A stretch of DNA of 64,000 nucleotides, taken from the IMG/VR virus record IMGVR_UViG_3300047094_002472. The stretch is one strand, 5' to 3'. Positions 29,104 to 37,805 of this stretch are shown in pieces. The notes below the pieces were generated by a model that saw nothing but the letters and a program-made list of their open reading frames with translations, had not been told where the DNA came from and did not search any database. Position 1 is the first letter of the stretch, and every line of letters starts with the position of its first letter. A program made the translations under genes and the position numbers. The DNA is from a virus.

Positions 29104-29131
29104 ATTGTATCAAGGATCAGTTCGTAGTCAA
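29104..29131 (-). promoter_or_regulatory. Sigma70-like promoter (TTGACT-16-TACAAT, extended -10 TGn)
   Basis: Immediately upstream of the dCMP deaminase/nrdJ genes. Confidence 0.6.
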
Positions 29132-29140
29132 GCGTGTATT

Positions 29141-29395
29141 TTACTTGGAGACAAGTTTATTATATAGGAGCAAACTTAATACGCCGCCAGCAACTCCCAT
29201 AAAAATACCAGCTGGACTAAGACTTTGGTATGTTCCTAATAGATATAAAACAGCGCCGCCCATATATGAGCCAGCAACCCCTAGGGCAATTGTTTTGGTC
29301 ATATTGAAATTCTCATCGCCCGGCACCAAGCTTTTGGCTATGGAACCAACAAATAAACCATAAACACACCATACTAAAATATTAAACATTTGCAT
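29141..29395 (-). CDS. GlsB/YeaQ/YmgE (transglycosylase-associated) family membrane protein
   Basis: W..GL.VG.IAK.LVPG..TIALGVAGS..GG..G..GV.G..L pattern; three hydrophobic segments. Confidence 0.8.
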   Translation of the reverse strand: MQMFNILVWCVYGLFVGSIAKSLVPGDENFNMTKTIALGVAGSYMGGAVLYLLGTYQSLSPAGIFMGVAGGVLSLLLYNKLVSK

Positions 29396-29789
29396 TCTCC
29401 ACTAAGGTTTTAATTTCATCGTCCGTGAGGGTTTCTCCTATACTTAATATTGATTCTATAAGCTTAAATCCGTATTGTTCGTACTCTTCTTTGGTCATTT
29501 CTCTCTTTAGTACTCTTTTTATTCTTAGGCGAGTGAACCAGCCTCTTTTATTGCTAAATTCTTTTATCTCTTCTCCGTATGCTGCACATTTTTCGTCATG
29601 TGTCATATACTGAGTTCTATTTTTATTGCATTCCTGTAATATACGAATAGAGGTCAAAATAACACTAATAATCATTAGTATAGCTATTACACTACCAAAT
29701 TTTTCATCACCAGCCAAACCCGCGTCTACCAGAACCTTTTTAGCTATCGCCTCTAGTTTCTCAGAGTCTTGTTTATTTGGCTTATGCAT
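29382..29789 (-). CDS. Single-TM membrane protein
   Basis: FGSVIAILMIISVILTSI hydrophobic segment followed by a basic region. Confidence 0.6.
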   Translation of the reverse strand: MHKPNKQDSEKLEAIAKKVLVDAGLAGDEKFGSVIAILMIISVILTSIRILQECNKNRTQYMTHDEKCAAYGEEIKEFSNKRGWFTRLRIKRVLKREMTKEEYEQYGFKLIESILSIGETLTDDEIKTLVENANV

Positions 29790-29791
29790 AA

Positions 29792-30081
29792 TTATTTTTT
29801 ACTCACCTTGGTTTTGCACTGACCATCTTCGCACTCCGACTGACTCGCACCTTCTTCTGGTTCGCAATATCCGCAGTCAACTTTTTTAATGTTGTCTCCG
29901 CTCATATACCAACCTTTGCCTTTGCAAACTGGGCAGTCTTTTCTTTTGTATTTTTTTGTATTCTCAATGCTTTTTGCTTTGATTATGGCGCCAGATAAAG
30001 TTACTACTGCTGTTGTTGATCCATAATAAGATGAACCAAATAACATAGTATAAATTACCAAACCAGAAATTAATTTATTCA
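29792..30081 (-). CDS. Secreted or membrane-anchored protein with a CxxCxGxG zinc finger
   Basis: Hydrophobic N-terminus; CPVCKGKG..CGYC..C.DGQC; start 30081 through a TAATG overlap. Confidence 0.6.
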
Positions 30082-30258
30082 TTATTTTCTCCAAGGGAGT
30101 GGAACAATATCTATTAATCTCTTAAGAGGTTTTGGTCTAACGGGTTTAGAGGGATTGTTTACGGGTGATTTATCCGCAAAAATTTTAGCTAAACGAATTA
30201 CAAGATCGGCTATAATAGAAATTAGCCTATTTAAAGCGATTTTATCAATAAGTCTCAT
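30082..30258 (-). CDS. Small amphipathic basic protein, 58 aa (not in the ORF track)
   Basis: MRLIDKIALNRLISIIADLVIRLAKIFADKSPVNNPSKPVRPKPLKRLIDIVPLPWRK; its stop overlaps the next ATG. Confidence 0.6.
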   Translation of the reverse strand: MRLIDKIALNRLISIIADLVIRLAKIFADKSPVNNPSKPVRPKPLKRLIDIVPLPWRK

Positions 30259-30300
30259 CGGTCAACCCTTTTAAAAAGGACTTCTCTAATAATATTTAGA

Positions 30301-30306
30301 TACACC
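30301..30306 (-). promoter_or_regulatory. GGTGTA motif (candidate phage promoter)
   Basis: - strand ATCGGTGTATCTAAATATT, about 43 bp before the ATG at 30258. Confidence 0.55.
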
Positions 30307-30310
30307 GATT

Positions 30311-31237
30311 TTATAGATAGCTATCAAAACCGTAGTCTGGTAGTTTTTGCAGAGGAAAGCCGTTGAAACTAGAGAATGAGTATGACCCGTTTTGTTTCAA
30401 CATGCCTTCGGCCACATCAGAATGGATTAGGAAAGAGCCGTCTGGTATTGGACCCCACTCTGGATGTCCACCATCATTCCATTTACCCCAGCTATTTTGT
30501 ACTAAAAAGCTTGTATCACCTTTGGTGTCGTCACAAGCAATAAAAGCCATACAATGAGCCCAACTTCCGCTAGTTCTAGAGTAGCCCTTGCTATCTCTCT
30601 TATTACTAAAGCCATAATTAGAACAAACAGCTATTCCATATCCATTAGCTAGGGCGTCGCGAGCTTCTTCTACTGTTCTTACCAACGAAGCTGTTTTAAT
30701 TTGGTGGTCATTAGCCAGATCTATTACCGCATCTGGAACGCCTCGACCGCCCCAACCAGCTCCCAGCATACCATTATATTTAGTTAGATCCACAACGCCC
30801 TTATAATTTTGTCTAACAAGAATACCGCCAATTTTACTAACAAACTCAGCAGCCTTACTGCCGGTCATGCCTTCGCCACTCCATCCTCTACTACCATAGA
30901 TTGCTTCAGTAGCACCTCTCGCTATCCATGCTTCTCTTTCTCCCCCAACATGTATTTCTACAGCTCTGCTAATGTCGCAGGCGTTTCTCGTTCCATGGCT
31001 TACGCAATCCCCAGTAACTTGTCTTTCTTCGTATGGTTTTTTATCAAACTGATATACAGATTTGTATGGTAGGCTTAATTTGTTTTTTCCAGTATTAGTA
31101 ATTCTTTTACTAGCATCACCAAACAATGGATACTTTAAAGTTTCCATCAAGTGGTCAAACTCTTTTTGATTCCACAATGCGCCTTCGTATCCCTGTCTAT
31201 ATTTATTATACCATTCTTGGGGTGTTAGTCTTGGCAT
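30311..31237 (-). CDS. Papain-like (C1) cysteine peptidase
   Basis: Q-VTGDCVSHG (oxyanion Gln and catalytic Cys), WAHCM (His), VQNSWG (Asn). Confidence 0.85.
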   Translation of the reverse strand: MPRLTPQEWYNKYRQGYEGALWNQKEFDHLMETLKYPLFGDASKRITNTGKNKLSLPYKSVYQFDKKPYEERQVTGDCVSHGTRNACDISRAVEIHVGGEREAWIARGATEAIYGSRGWSGEGMTGSKAAEFVSKIGGILVRQNYKGVVDLTKYNGMLGAGWGGRGVPDAVIDLANDHQIKTASLVRTVEEARDALANGYGIAVCSNYGFSNKRDSKGYSRTSGSWAHCMAFIACDDTKGDTSFLVQNSWGKWNDGGHPEWGPIPDGSFLIHSDVAEGMLKQNGSYSFSSFNGFPLQKLPDYGFDSYL

Positions 31238-31740
31238 TATTTACTAGCCTCATTATATGCCCACGCAAGAGCATTAAAACCTTCTACAGCTTTTACTCTT
31301 AATTCTGGTGATAGATTAATATTATCATCACCAACAGCAGCCACAACCACCTCTTTGGACTCTTTAGCCAAGTCGGGATATTTACCCTTAATATCTAAAC
31401 GCAACATAACCCCCGACAAACTATTAGCCTGACGAATTTCTTCGGTATTTTTAATAACAGTATCCTCACCATCCAACTCCACTAGTCTGCCCAAATCCAA
31501 CATTAGATCTCTCAATCTCTTGAGGTCTGACTTAGCAGCACTATAAGACTTTAATAGAGATACTACTTCTTCTGCCTCTTTTTTAAGATTGGCTTCTGTT
31601 GGGGCTGGTAGCTCTAGAACATCTATTGCTACGGGTCTGTTGGGCAGAACTAATAGGTTTGAGAGGTCTGGTTTAATTAGACCAATAATTATTAGTATCG
31701 CACCAACGACCAATACTAAATTTTTTGTATTCAAAGTCAT
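31237..31740 (-). CDS. N-terminally membrane-anchored protein
   Basis: LVLVVGAILIIIGLI TM, Pro-rich linker, helical domain; start 31740 through an ATGA overlap. Confidence 0.65.
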   Translation of the reverse strand: MTLNTKNLVLVVGAILIIIGLIKPDLSNLLVLPNRPVAIDVLELPAPTEANLKKEAEEVVSLLKSYSAAKSDLKRLRDLMLDLGRLVELDGEDTVIKNTEEIRQANSLSGVMLRLDIKGKYPDLAKESKEVVVAAVGDDNINLSPELRVKAVEGFNALAWAYNEASK

Positions 31741-32120
31741 GATAAGGTATCCTGCTTTTTTGCGCACACATTTGGGGATAAAAAGGGAAACATTTGATCG
31801 GCCACCTTTACCGCCTCAACACAACCACTTTGTACGGCCAAATCTCTAGTTTGTTTCCAGCTAACAATTAACTTAAAGAAAACATCTTCATTGTTCTTAG
31901 TCTCAACACTCACCACTGGCTTGGCTACTACTGGTAGTACCGGTGCGCCGGGATTTAAAACCCCTTTGACCTTTTCTGTTAAATTTAGAACTAATTTTTG
32001 CACGGGGCTTAACTTATCCTTAAATAAAACCCATAAAACCAAACCCACGCCAGCATAAAGAGCCAAATCCATTGTGGATAGTTTGCTAGCAAATTGATCA
32101 AAACTCTCTGTAAAATTCAT
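31737..32120 (-). CDS. Single-TM membrane protein
   Basis: LALYAGVGLVLWVLF TM; GAGG RBS. Confidence 0.65.
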   Translation of the reverse strand: MNFTESFDQFASKLSTMDLALYAGVGLVLWVLFKDKLSPVQKLVLNLTEKVKGVLNPGAPVLPVVAKPVVSVETKNNEDVFFKLIVSWKQTRDLAVQSGCVEAVKVADQMFPFLSPNVCAKKQDTLS

Positions 32121-32131
32121 GGCGTTTCCTC

Positions 32132-32554
32132 TTATTTGTCTGAGACCTCTGGTACACTATTTGGATCTGTAAAAATTCCGCTCTTTCTAAAAATTTCAAC
32201 CATAGAGTCTATAGCTGAACTCACGAGCAACATCAAAAGAGCTTTTGTATATTTACTTATAATAGGCTGTAGTACAACTGGAACATAGGGGACGGTTACA
32301 ACTAAAAATACCTTATCATAAAACATACTAAGCATGGCTAATGCTATAGTCTTTTTATTAGACCCCTTTAATGACGGGTTTGATGTCTCTATGATCTTTA
32401 TTGTTTCTGCTATAGCGATCTGTAATATTCCCCAAGCCTGAGACATAGCCACAGACTTTGAGCCAGATAGAGACTTTTTAACTTTATCAATTAGTGCTTC
32501 TAACGAAGAAGAGAGTTCTATACTAAGTATCTGATTTTGAATAGATGTGGTCAT
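32132..32554 (-). CDS. Hypothetical helical, hydrophobic protein
   Basis: Start moved to the ATG at 32554, which follows an AGGAG RBS. Confidence 0.6.
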   Translation of the reverse strand: MTTSIQNQILSIELSSSLEALIDKVKKSLSGSKSVAMSQAWGILQIAIAETIKIIETSNPSLKGSNKKTIALAMLSMFYDKVFLVVTVPYVPVVLQPIISKYTKALLMLLVSSAIDSMVEIFRKSGIFTDPNSVPEVSDK

Positions 32555-32579
32555 ACATAGTGCTCCTATATCGAGTATA

Positions 32580-32585
32580 TACACC
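32580..32585 (-). promoter_or_regulatory. GGTGTA motif (candidate phage promoter)
   Basis: - strand GCGGTGTATATACTC, about 26 bp before the ATG at 32554. Confidence 0.55.
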
Positions 32586-32599
32586 GCACAGGAAAATGA

Positions 32600-32911
32600 T
32601 TAAACGCTTTTGGTTTTGCTGCGAGGCTTTCTTTTTTTACGAGCATTTGCCTTATTGGCTTCTTTTCTTTCTTGCTCTGTGGCAGTACTCCACCAAGTTT
32701 GCTTTAGATTAGTTCGTCCATTAATATACTTAAATAAGACTGTTAATTGTCCTATTATTAGTATAGTAGCTTCTAATCCCTTGCTAGTTTCTTGAATCAA
32801 ATCTTCTTTTTGCTGATTATCTTCAAGTAAACCACATAAGTATAGACCGCTAAACAAAAAACTAACCAGAGTGAACCAGAATTCACTGGTTCTATATCCA
32901 GGCTTAATCAT
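32600..32911 (-). CDS. Holin-like small membrane protein
   Basis: KPGYRTSEFW followed by two hydrophobic segments and a very basic C-terminus. Confidence 0.55.
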   Translation of the reverse strand: MIKPGYRTSEFWFTLVSFLFSGLYLCGLLEDNQQKEDLIQETSKGLEATILIIGQLTVLFKYINGRTNLKQTWWSTATEQERKEANKANARKKRKPRSKTKSV

Positions 32912-32932
32912 AGATTAGTCCCGCTATTAGTG

Positions 32933-33145
32933 TTATGGTGCAACTATAGAGCCGCCATCAACTAGAGTAACCAATATGCCATTAGTAAATCTATTGCTAT
33001 ATTTTGTTTCAATAGAAGGCATATCTGGTGTGTTTTTCACATAGGTGTTTAATAGTGAACTATTACCTGTGGCAGTAGTTGAAACAACAGATGTTCCGTT
33101 TTTAATTTGGTTGGCAGAAACAGCCTTTTGAATATTATTGGCCAT
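32933..33145 (-). CDS. Small hypothetical protein, 70 aa
   Basis: AAGGT RBS; preceded by a GGTGTA motif. Confidence 0.55.
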   Translation of the reverse strand: MANNIQKAVSANQIKNGTSVVSTTATGNSSLLNTYVKNTPDMPSIETKYSNRFTNGILVTLVDGGSIVAP

Positions 33146-33192
33146 AATTTATACCTTTTGGTTAAGCTTTTAATTTTAAGGTTAATTTGATA

Positions 33193-33198
33193 TACACC
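33193..33198 (-). promoter_or_regulatory. GGTGTA motif (candidate phage promoter)
   Basis: - strand CCGGTGTATATCAAATT, about 48 bp before the start at 33145. Confidence 0.55.
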
Positions 33199-33200
33199 GG

Positions 33201-35105
33201 TTAGCTACTAAAATTAGAGAATTCGTATTTGTTTTGAACCGCTTGTAAATCTATTGGTGTTAAGCTATAGTTCTCGCCGGGGCTTAAGCTTTGTATAATA
33301 CTATTAACTATAGAGTATCTATTAGTGATAAATGGTCCGCCGGTAGGTGTCCACCAAGTTGTTAAAACAACCAGCTCGTTATCTATAATTAAAAATACTG
33401 GATTTCCACTGTCGCCTACTATTATGTCTTCGGTCCATGAAGCGAATTGATTCGGAGATGGTACTATTGGAGTACTATATGAAGCGTTGGGGTTTATATT
33501 ACTGACACTGGCCATTTGGTAGTACTCGATGTTTGGCGAGGTTCCAATTCCGAACAAATTGGCTCCAGACCAAAGTTTTAATATGGCTTTTTCTTCTTGA
33601 TCTAGGGCTACAGCATAAAGCCAAGGATTCATACTAAAAGAGCTAATCTGCAATCCAAGACTATCATATACTGAGGCCAAAATACTACTACTAAGATAAT
33701 CCATAAAATTAGTTGGTAATACTTTTGCTATTTTTATATTACTAGGCACTTCGCTATCTAAAAGAGCTACTGCAATATCGGTACTCTCATCACCATACTG
33801 TATAATATTTCTACGAATAGCATTATTATTCTCATCAACAAATATTATTGGCGTCCCACCATTTGGCAATATGCTGGTAACAAAGTGTTTAGCGAATAAA
33901 ACGTGTTTTCTGGTTATGAGAGTACCACCGCGAGTATTCCACGCCGCACCGCTACGCTGTGCTGGACTAAAGCAGCTAATATTACTTACTCCATTTATCC
34001 AGCAGCTGGGGTTTCGGACCCATATTCCAGCATCACCAACGCCACCGTATGGATTCTGAGAAGAATAGACTAGGCAATCAGTAGCTGGATTTTTACCAAC
34101 CAGCCTACTTGCTGTACCAGAGTTAATGTGTTGTGGTATAATGTTTTTACTAGTGCTTTGTTTACGTATGCATCTAAATGATCTAGGATAATATTTATCA
34201 TAGACTGCTTGTAGGTCTATTGGGGTTAAAGAATATCCTTGTCCGGGACTTAATTCTTCTATTATAGCATTAACTTGATCATATCTCTTGGTAATAAAAG
34301 GACCATTAGTAGGAGTCCACCAAGTGGTTAAAACTACCAATTCGTTATCTATGATATAAAAAACTGGGTTTCCACTGTCTCCAACAACAATATCTTCTGT
34401 CCACTGTGGATATGGATTAATGCTACCTTGGGGACCGGAAAAATTATCAAAAGCAATTATATGATATAGACTATTATAGTCTACAGTTGTAGATGTTTTT
34501 ACATGAGCTTTTTCTTCTTGATCTAAGCCAACACCCAAGATGCCTAATAATCCATAGTCCAAATCGCCACCGGTCGGCCACCCTAAAACCATATAGTCTT
34601 GATAGTTTTTAGGTAAAACTTTGGCTATCTTTATATTAGATGGAACTTCACTATCTAATAGAGCTATTGTTATATCAGAAATATCGTCGCCATATTGTAT
34701 TATGTTTCGCCTTATGGCGTTATTATTTTCATCAACAAAGATTAACGGGGTTCCACCGTTAGGAAGAATGCTGGTTTTATAGTGTTTGGCAAATAGAACG
34801 TGTTTGCGAGTTATGAGTGTGCCACCTCTGGTATTCCAAGATGCTCCGCTTCTTTGCGCTGGGCTAAAGCAACTAATATTGCTTACTCCATTTATCCAAC
34901 AGTTGGAATTGCGAACCCAAATTCCCGCATCGCCCACGCCGCCATAAGGATTTTGTGATGAGTATACAAAACGGTCGGTAGAGGGATTTTTACCAGATAA
35001 TCTAGAAGCTGTTGAGGAGTTTATATGATTTGCTATTATAGTCTTATCTATAAGACTAGGCATATTACTTGTTAATAATTTATTGTCTTTAAGGTAGATT
35101 GGCAT
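33201..35105 (-). CDS. Protein with two tandem trypsin-like (PA clan) serine protease domains
   Basis: Each half has TLITRKHVLFAKH (His), DI(T/A)(I/V)ALL (Asp) and VGDSGNP (Ser). Confidence 0.75.
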   Translation of the reverse strand: MPIYLKDNKLLTSNMPSLIDKTIIANHINSSTASRLSGKNPSTDRFVYSSQNPYGGVGDAGIWVRNSNCWINGVSNISCFSPAQRSGASWNTRGGTLITRKHVLFAKHYKTSILPNGGTPLIFVDENNNAIRRNIIQYGDDISDITIALLDSEVPSNIKIAKVLPKNYQDYMVLGWPTGGDLDYGLLGILGVGLDQEEKAHVKTSTTVDYNSLYHIIAFDNFSGPQGSINPYPQWTEDIVVGDSGNPVFYIIDNELVVLTTWWTPTNGPFITKRYDQVNAIIEELSPGQGYSLTPIDLQAVYDKYYPRSFRCIRKQSTSKNIIPQHINSGTASRLVGKNPATDCLVYSSQNPYGGVGDAGIWVRNPSCWINGVSNISCFSPAQRSGAAWNTRGGTLITRKHVLFAKHFVTSILPNGGTPIIFVDENNNAIRRNIIQYGDESTDIAVALLDSEVPSNIKIAKVLPTNFMDYLSSSILASVYDSLGLQISSFSMNPWLYAVALDQEEKAILKLWSGANLFGIGTSPNIEYYQMASVSNINPNASYSTPIVPSPNQFASWTEDIIVGDSGNPVFLIIDNELVVLTTWWTPTGGPFITNRYSIVNSIIQSLSPGENYSLTPIDLQAVQNKYEFSNFSS

Positions 35106-35109
35106 AGCA

Positions 35110-36147
35110 TTATACTATTCCAAGGATAGAGGAACCGTTGATGCCTTTGTCGTAGGCGATAATCACATTGCCGATGATCCCGCGTCGGTTGTAAGACGCG
35201 CCGCGAAACGTCGCATCGCCATCGACTGTGCCGCCGTCGTTGACGTACGAACTGTCGTTGAATGTCGCATTGCCATGAACGCGACCGTAGAAAGTGTATC
35301 CCGGCCCAAAGGCGCCGTTGTACGCAGAATCATTAAACGTCGCATCGCCGTAGACATCGCTGCCGTTGAGCGAACTGTCGTTGAATGTCGCATCGCCGCT
35401 GACGGTGCCGTAGTTGGTCGAACTGTCGTTAAACGTCGCGTCTCCGGTGACGGTGCCGGTGCCTGCGTTGAACGAACTGACATTAAACGTCGCGTCTCCG
35501 GTGACGGTGCCGTAGTTGCGCGAACTGTAGTTGAACGTCGCGTTGCCGTTGATGGTGCAGCCATCGTTGTTGACCGAATAATCGTTGAACGTCGCGTTGC
35601 CGGTGACGGTGCCGCTGTTGATCGAACTGTCATTAAACGTCGGGTCTCCGGTTACGGTGCCGTAGTTTTGCGTGCTGTTGTTGAACGTCGCGTCTCCGGT
35701 GACGGTGCCGATGTTGTACGTGCCGTCGTTAAACGTCGCGTCTCCGGTGACGGTGCCGTAGTTTTGCGTGCCGTCGTTAAACGTCGCGTTGCCGTTGACG
35801 GTGCCGATGTTGAGCGCGCCGTCGTTAAACGTCGCGTTGCCGTTGATGGTGCCGGTACTGCCGTTTTGCGTACCCATATTGATCGCCGCTTGGCCGGTGA
35901 CGGTGATTGCGACCAAGAGAGACACAGACACATCGCCGGGCCGGACGAGCGTCAGGTTCACCACAGTTGGCGCACTGCCGCTGTTGATCGCCACGCTGGC
36001 ACTCAAAACGACACTATCGCTGCTGGTGGGCAGGGCAGACGCGGCAACGGTGTGGGCAGAGTCCGTCCACCAGTTGCCGAGAGTCTGCCAGTCGCCAGGC
36101 AGTTCAGCCGCGACGTCTGCCGCACCGTTGAAGTAAAATGTTGCCAT
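35110..36147 (-). CDS. Beta-helix-type repeat protein (putative tail spike or adhesin), GC-rich
   Basis: About 15 copies of a ~16-aa G(D/N)ATFNDxxxNxGTVT repeat; AGGAG RBS. Confidence 0.7.
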   Translation of the reverse strand: MATFYFNGAADVAAELPGDWQTLGNWWTDSAHTVAASALPTSSDSVVLSASVAINSGSAPTVVNLTLVRPGDVSVSLLVAITVTGQAAINMGTQNGSTGTINGNATFNDGALNIGTVNGNATFNDGTQNYGTVTGDATFNDGTYNIGTVTGDATFNNSTQNYGTVTGDPTFNDSSINSGTVTGNATFNDYSVNNDGCTINGNATFNYSSRNYGTVTGDATFNVSSFNAGTGTVTGDATFNDSSTNYGTVSGDATFNDSSLNGSDVYGDATFNDSAYNGAFGPGYTFYGRVHGNATFNDSSYVNDGGTVDGDATFRGASYNRRGIIGNVIIAYDKGINGSSILGIV

Positions 36148-36164
36148 TTATTTTCTCCTAATAA

Positions 36165-36479
36165 TTACTTTTTAACCGGAGGAACTGGTGGTAAAAATAA
36201 GCCTTCAAGACTAGTTTTAACATCAGAGCCAAGCAACTCAAGAACTCTTGCTTCAACTTGGACCTGAGTATAATCGCCAGCGGCCGCATAAGCATCACCT
36301 TCCCAAAGAACTAGTGGTCTTGGGCATGGACGAATTTGAGCCACAACACTCTTTCTAGTAGCATTATCAATAATAGTAACATCTAATGATGAGAGAGTAA
36401 TGGGCTTTTGAACTCTTACTTCACCATTAGCTCTGGTAATAGTAGGTGGTTGAATAGTAACGGGATTGGGTAAATTCAT
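36165..36479 (-). CDS. Hypothetical protein (tail-fibre-associated region)
   Basis: Start MNLPNP at 36479, after an AAGGAG RBS. Confidence 0.6.
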   Translation of the reverse strand: MNLPNPVTIQPPTITRANGEVRVQKPITLSSLDVTIIDNATRKSVVAQIRPCPRPLVLWEGDAYAAAGDYTQVQVEARVLELLGSDVKTSLEGLFLPPVPPVKK

Positions 36480-36510
36480 AATTTTCTCCTTTTTAAAATT
36501 GATCGTAATG

Positions 36511-37755
36511 TTAGTAGCCGGGAACAAAAGCAATTACATCCCATTTGTCTCTTCCAGCATGATATGTGGCAGCTAAAATGTCCATCTTATTCGCTGCTGT
36601 ACTCCAAGGTAGTGGTGAGGTGGCGCTGCTAGGAATGTTAAATTTGTTGCCCAGAGTGATGGTTCTGCCGCCAGTAGAGTCTTGGGAGATTCTCCAGCGG
36701 AGTGTTTTACCGTTAACGGGATTGGTTGGGTTGGCTAGTGTGGTGTTGCCTGTAAGGGTTATATCGAATATGTCACCAGTAGCGGCGTCGGTGTTTATTG
36801 TTGAAGAGTATGATGAACTAATAACGGTTGTTGAACCGCCCAATACGGATGTTCCGTTACTGTCTAGGATGTCACCGTCTATTGGTAGTGTTAACCTACC
36901 ATCTGTACCAAAAGTCCAGTGATTATTATTATTGTCTGTACCAACAATAACATCTCCACCATTTTTTTCAATCTTAACATATTGATCATCATCTCCTAAA
37001 TAAATATCAACCGTTGAAGGATCTCCTGAGATAAGATGAACATGACTATGTTCTGAACTAGATATCCCATTATTAGTTACAGTAACAAATTGACCAGTTG
37101 GCATACCATTAGATTCTTCAAAATTATAATATAGTGTTGGATCATTTTGTGTCTGATAATTGGTTGATCTTGTTCCATCCACACTTGTTAATGTTAGAGT
37201 AAATTCAGAGATATTGCTATTAGCTGGTATAGTCCAAGTAATACTTTCTGCGTCTGGACCGGTTGTACTTACGAAAGTTAGTTTACCAGTTAGTGCTCGA
37301 CCCAATGATTGTGGGGTAACTCCAGGACCAGAGATTGTATAGTTTACTGTTCCAAAATAAGCCCAGTTTTGTAAAGTAACTACAATTGTGATGGGATTAC
37401 CATATTCAATATAATTACTAGAACTGATTGCCCAAATAGCTGCGGTTGGACGAATTACTAAGCTTTGTCCAGCGACTGCTGTGGGTGGTGATAGTGCAAC
37501 AGCATTATTTGTTTCACTTAGTATACTACCGTTGGGTAATGTTAAAGAACCGTTGCTACCAAGAACAGCATAATTTGATAATATTGAGTTTATCTCGGCT
37601 TCAGTATAATATCTATTATCATGATTATGAGGCAAATTAACTATGTCTGTTAGTTTTATTTTGTTTGTTTGAGTACCAGCAGCATTTGTGGCCGGAACAA
37701 CAGCGTCATTTTCTGCAACACCAACTGGTAATTGTGAAATTTTAATTTGGGTCAT
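36511..37755 (-). CDS. Putative tail-fibre-related structural protein
   Basis: N-terminal IKISQLP; HNHDNRYYTE; WTFGTDG.LTLP; C-terminal TLANPTN..QDSTGGRT..D.L domain. Confidence 0.65.
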   Translation of the reverse strand: MTQIKISQLPVGVAENDAVVPATNAAGTQTNKIKLTDIVNLPHNHDNRYYTEAEINSILSNYAVLGSNGSLTLPNGSILSETNNAVALSPPTAVAGQSLVIRPTAAIWAISSSNYIEYGNPITIVVTLQNWAYFGTVNYTISGPGVTPQSLGRALTGKLTFVSTTGPDAESITWTIPANSNISEFTLTLTSVDGTRSTNYQTQNDPTLYYNFEESNGMPTGQFVTVTNNGISSSEHSHVHLISGDPSTVDIYLGDDDQYVKIEKNGGDVIVGTDNNNNHWTFGTDGRLTLPIDGDILDSNGTSVLGGSTTVISSSYSSTINTDAATGDIFDITLTGNTTLANPTNPVNGKTLRWRISQDSTGGRTITLGNKFNIPSSATSPLPWSTAANKMDILAATYHAGRDKWDVIAFVPGY

Positions 37756-37792
37756 AGTATTATCCTATAGGTAAAAATTATCTAACAATATT

Positions 37793-37798
37793 TACACC
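37793..37798 (-). promoter_or_regulatory. GGTGTA motif (candidate phage promoter)
   Basis: - strand TTGGTGTAAATATTG, about 38 bp before the start at 37755. Confidence 0.55.
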
Positions 37799-37805
37799 AA
37801 AACTT

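Noticed and set aside
33201-35105. Duplicated domain as a diversity-generating retroelement TR/VR pair
   Set aside because: Both copies are in one ORF, the differences are not adenine-specific, and no reverse transcriptase is in the window.
35163-36267. Long overlapping or antisense ORFs (35275..36267 +, 35163..35633 -, and those over 6107-7010, 57615-59575, 8217-8796)
   Set aside because: Shadow frames of GC-rich or repetitive coding sequence that lack stops by composition.
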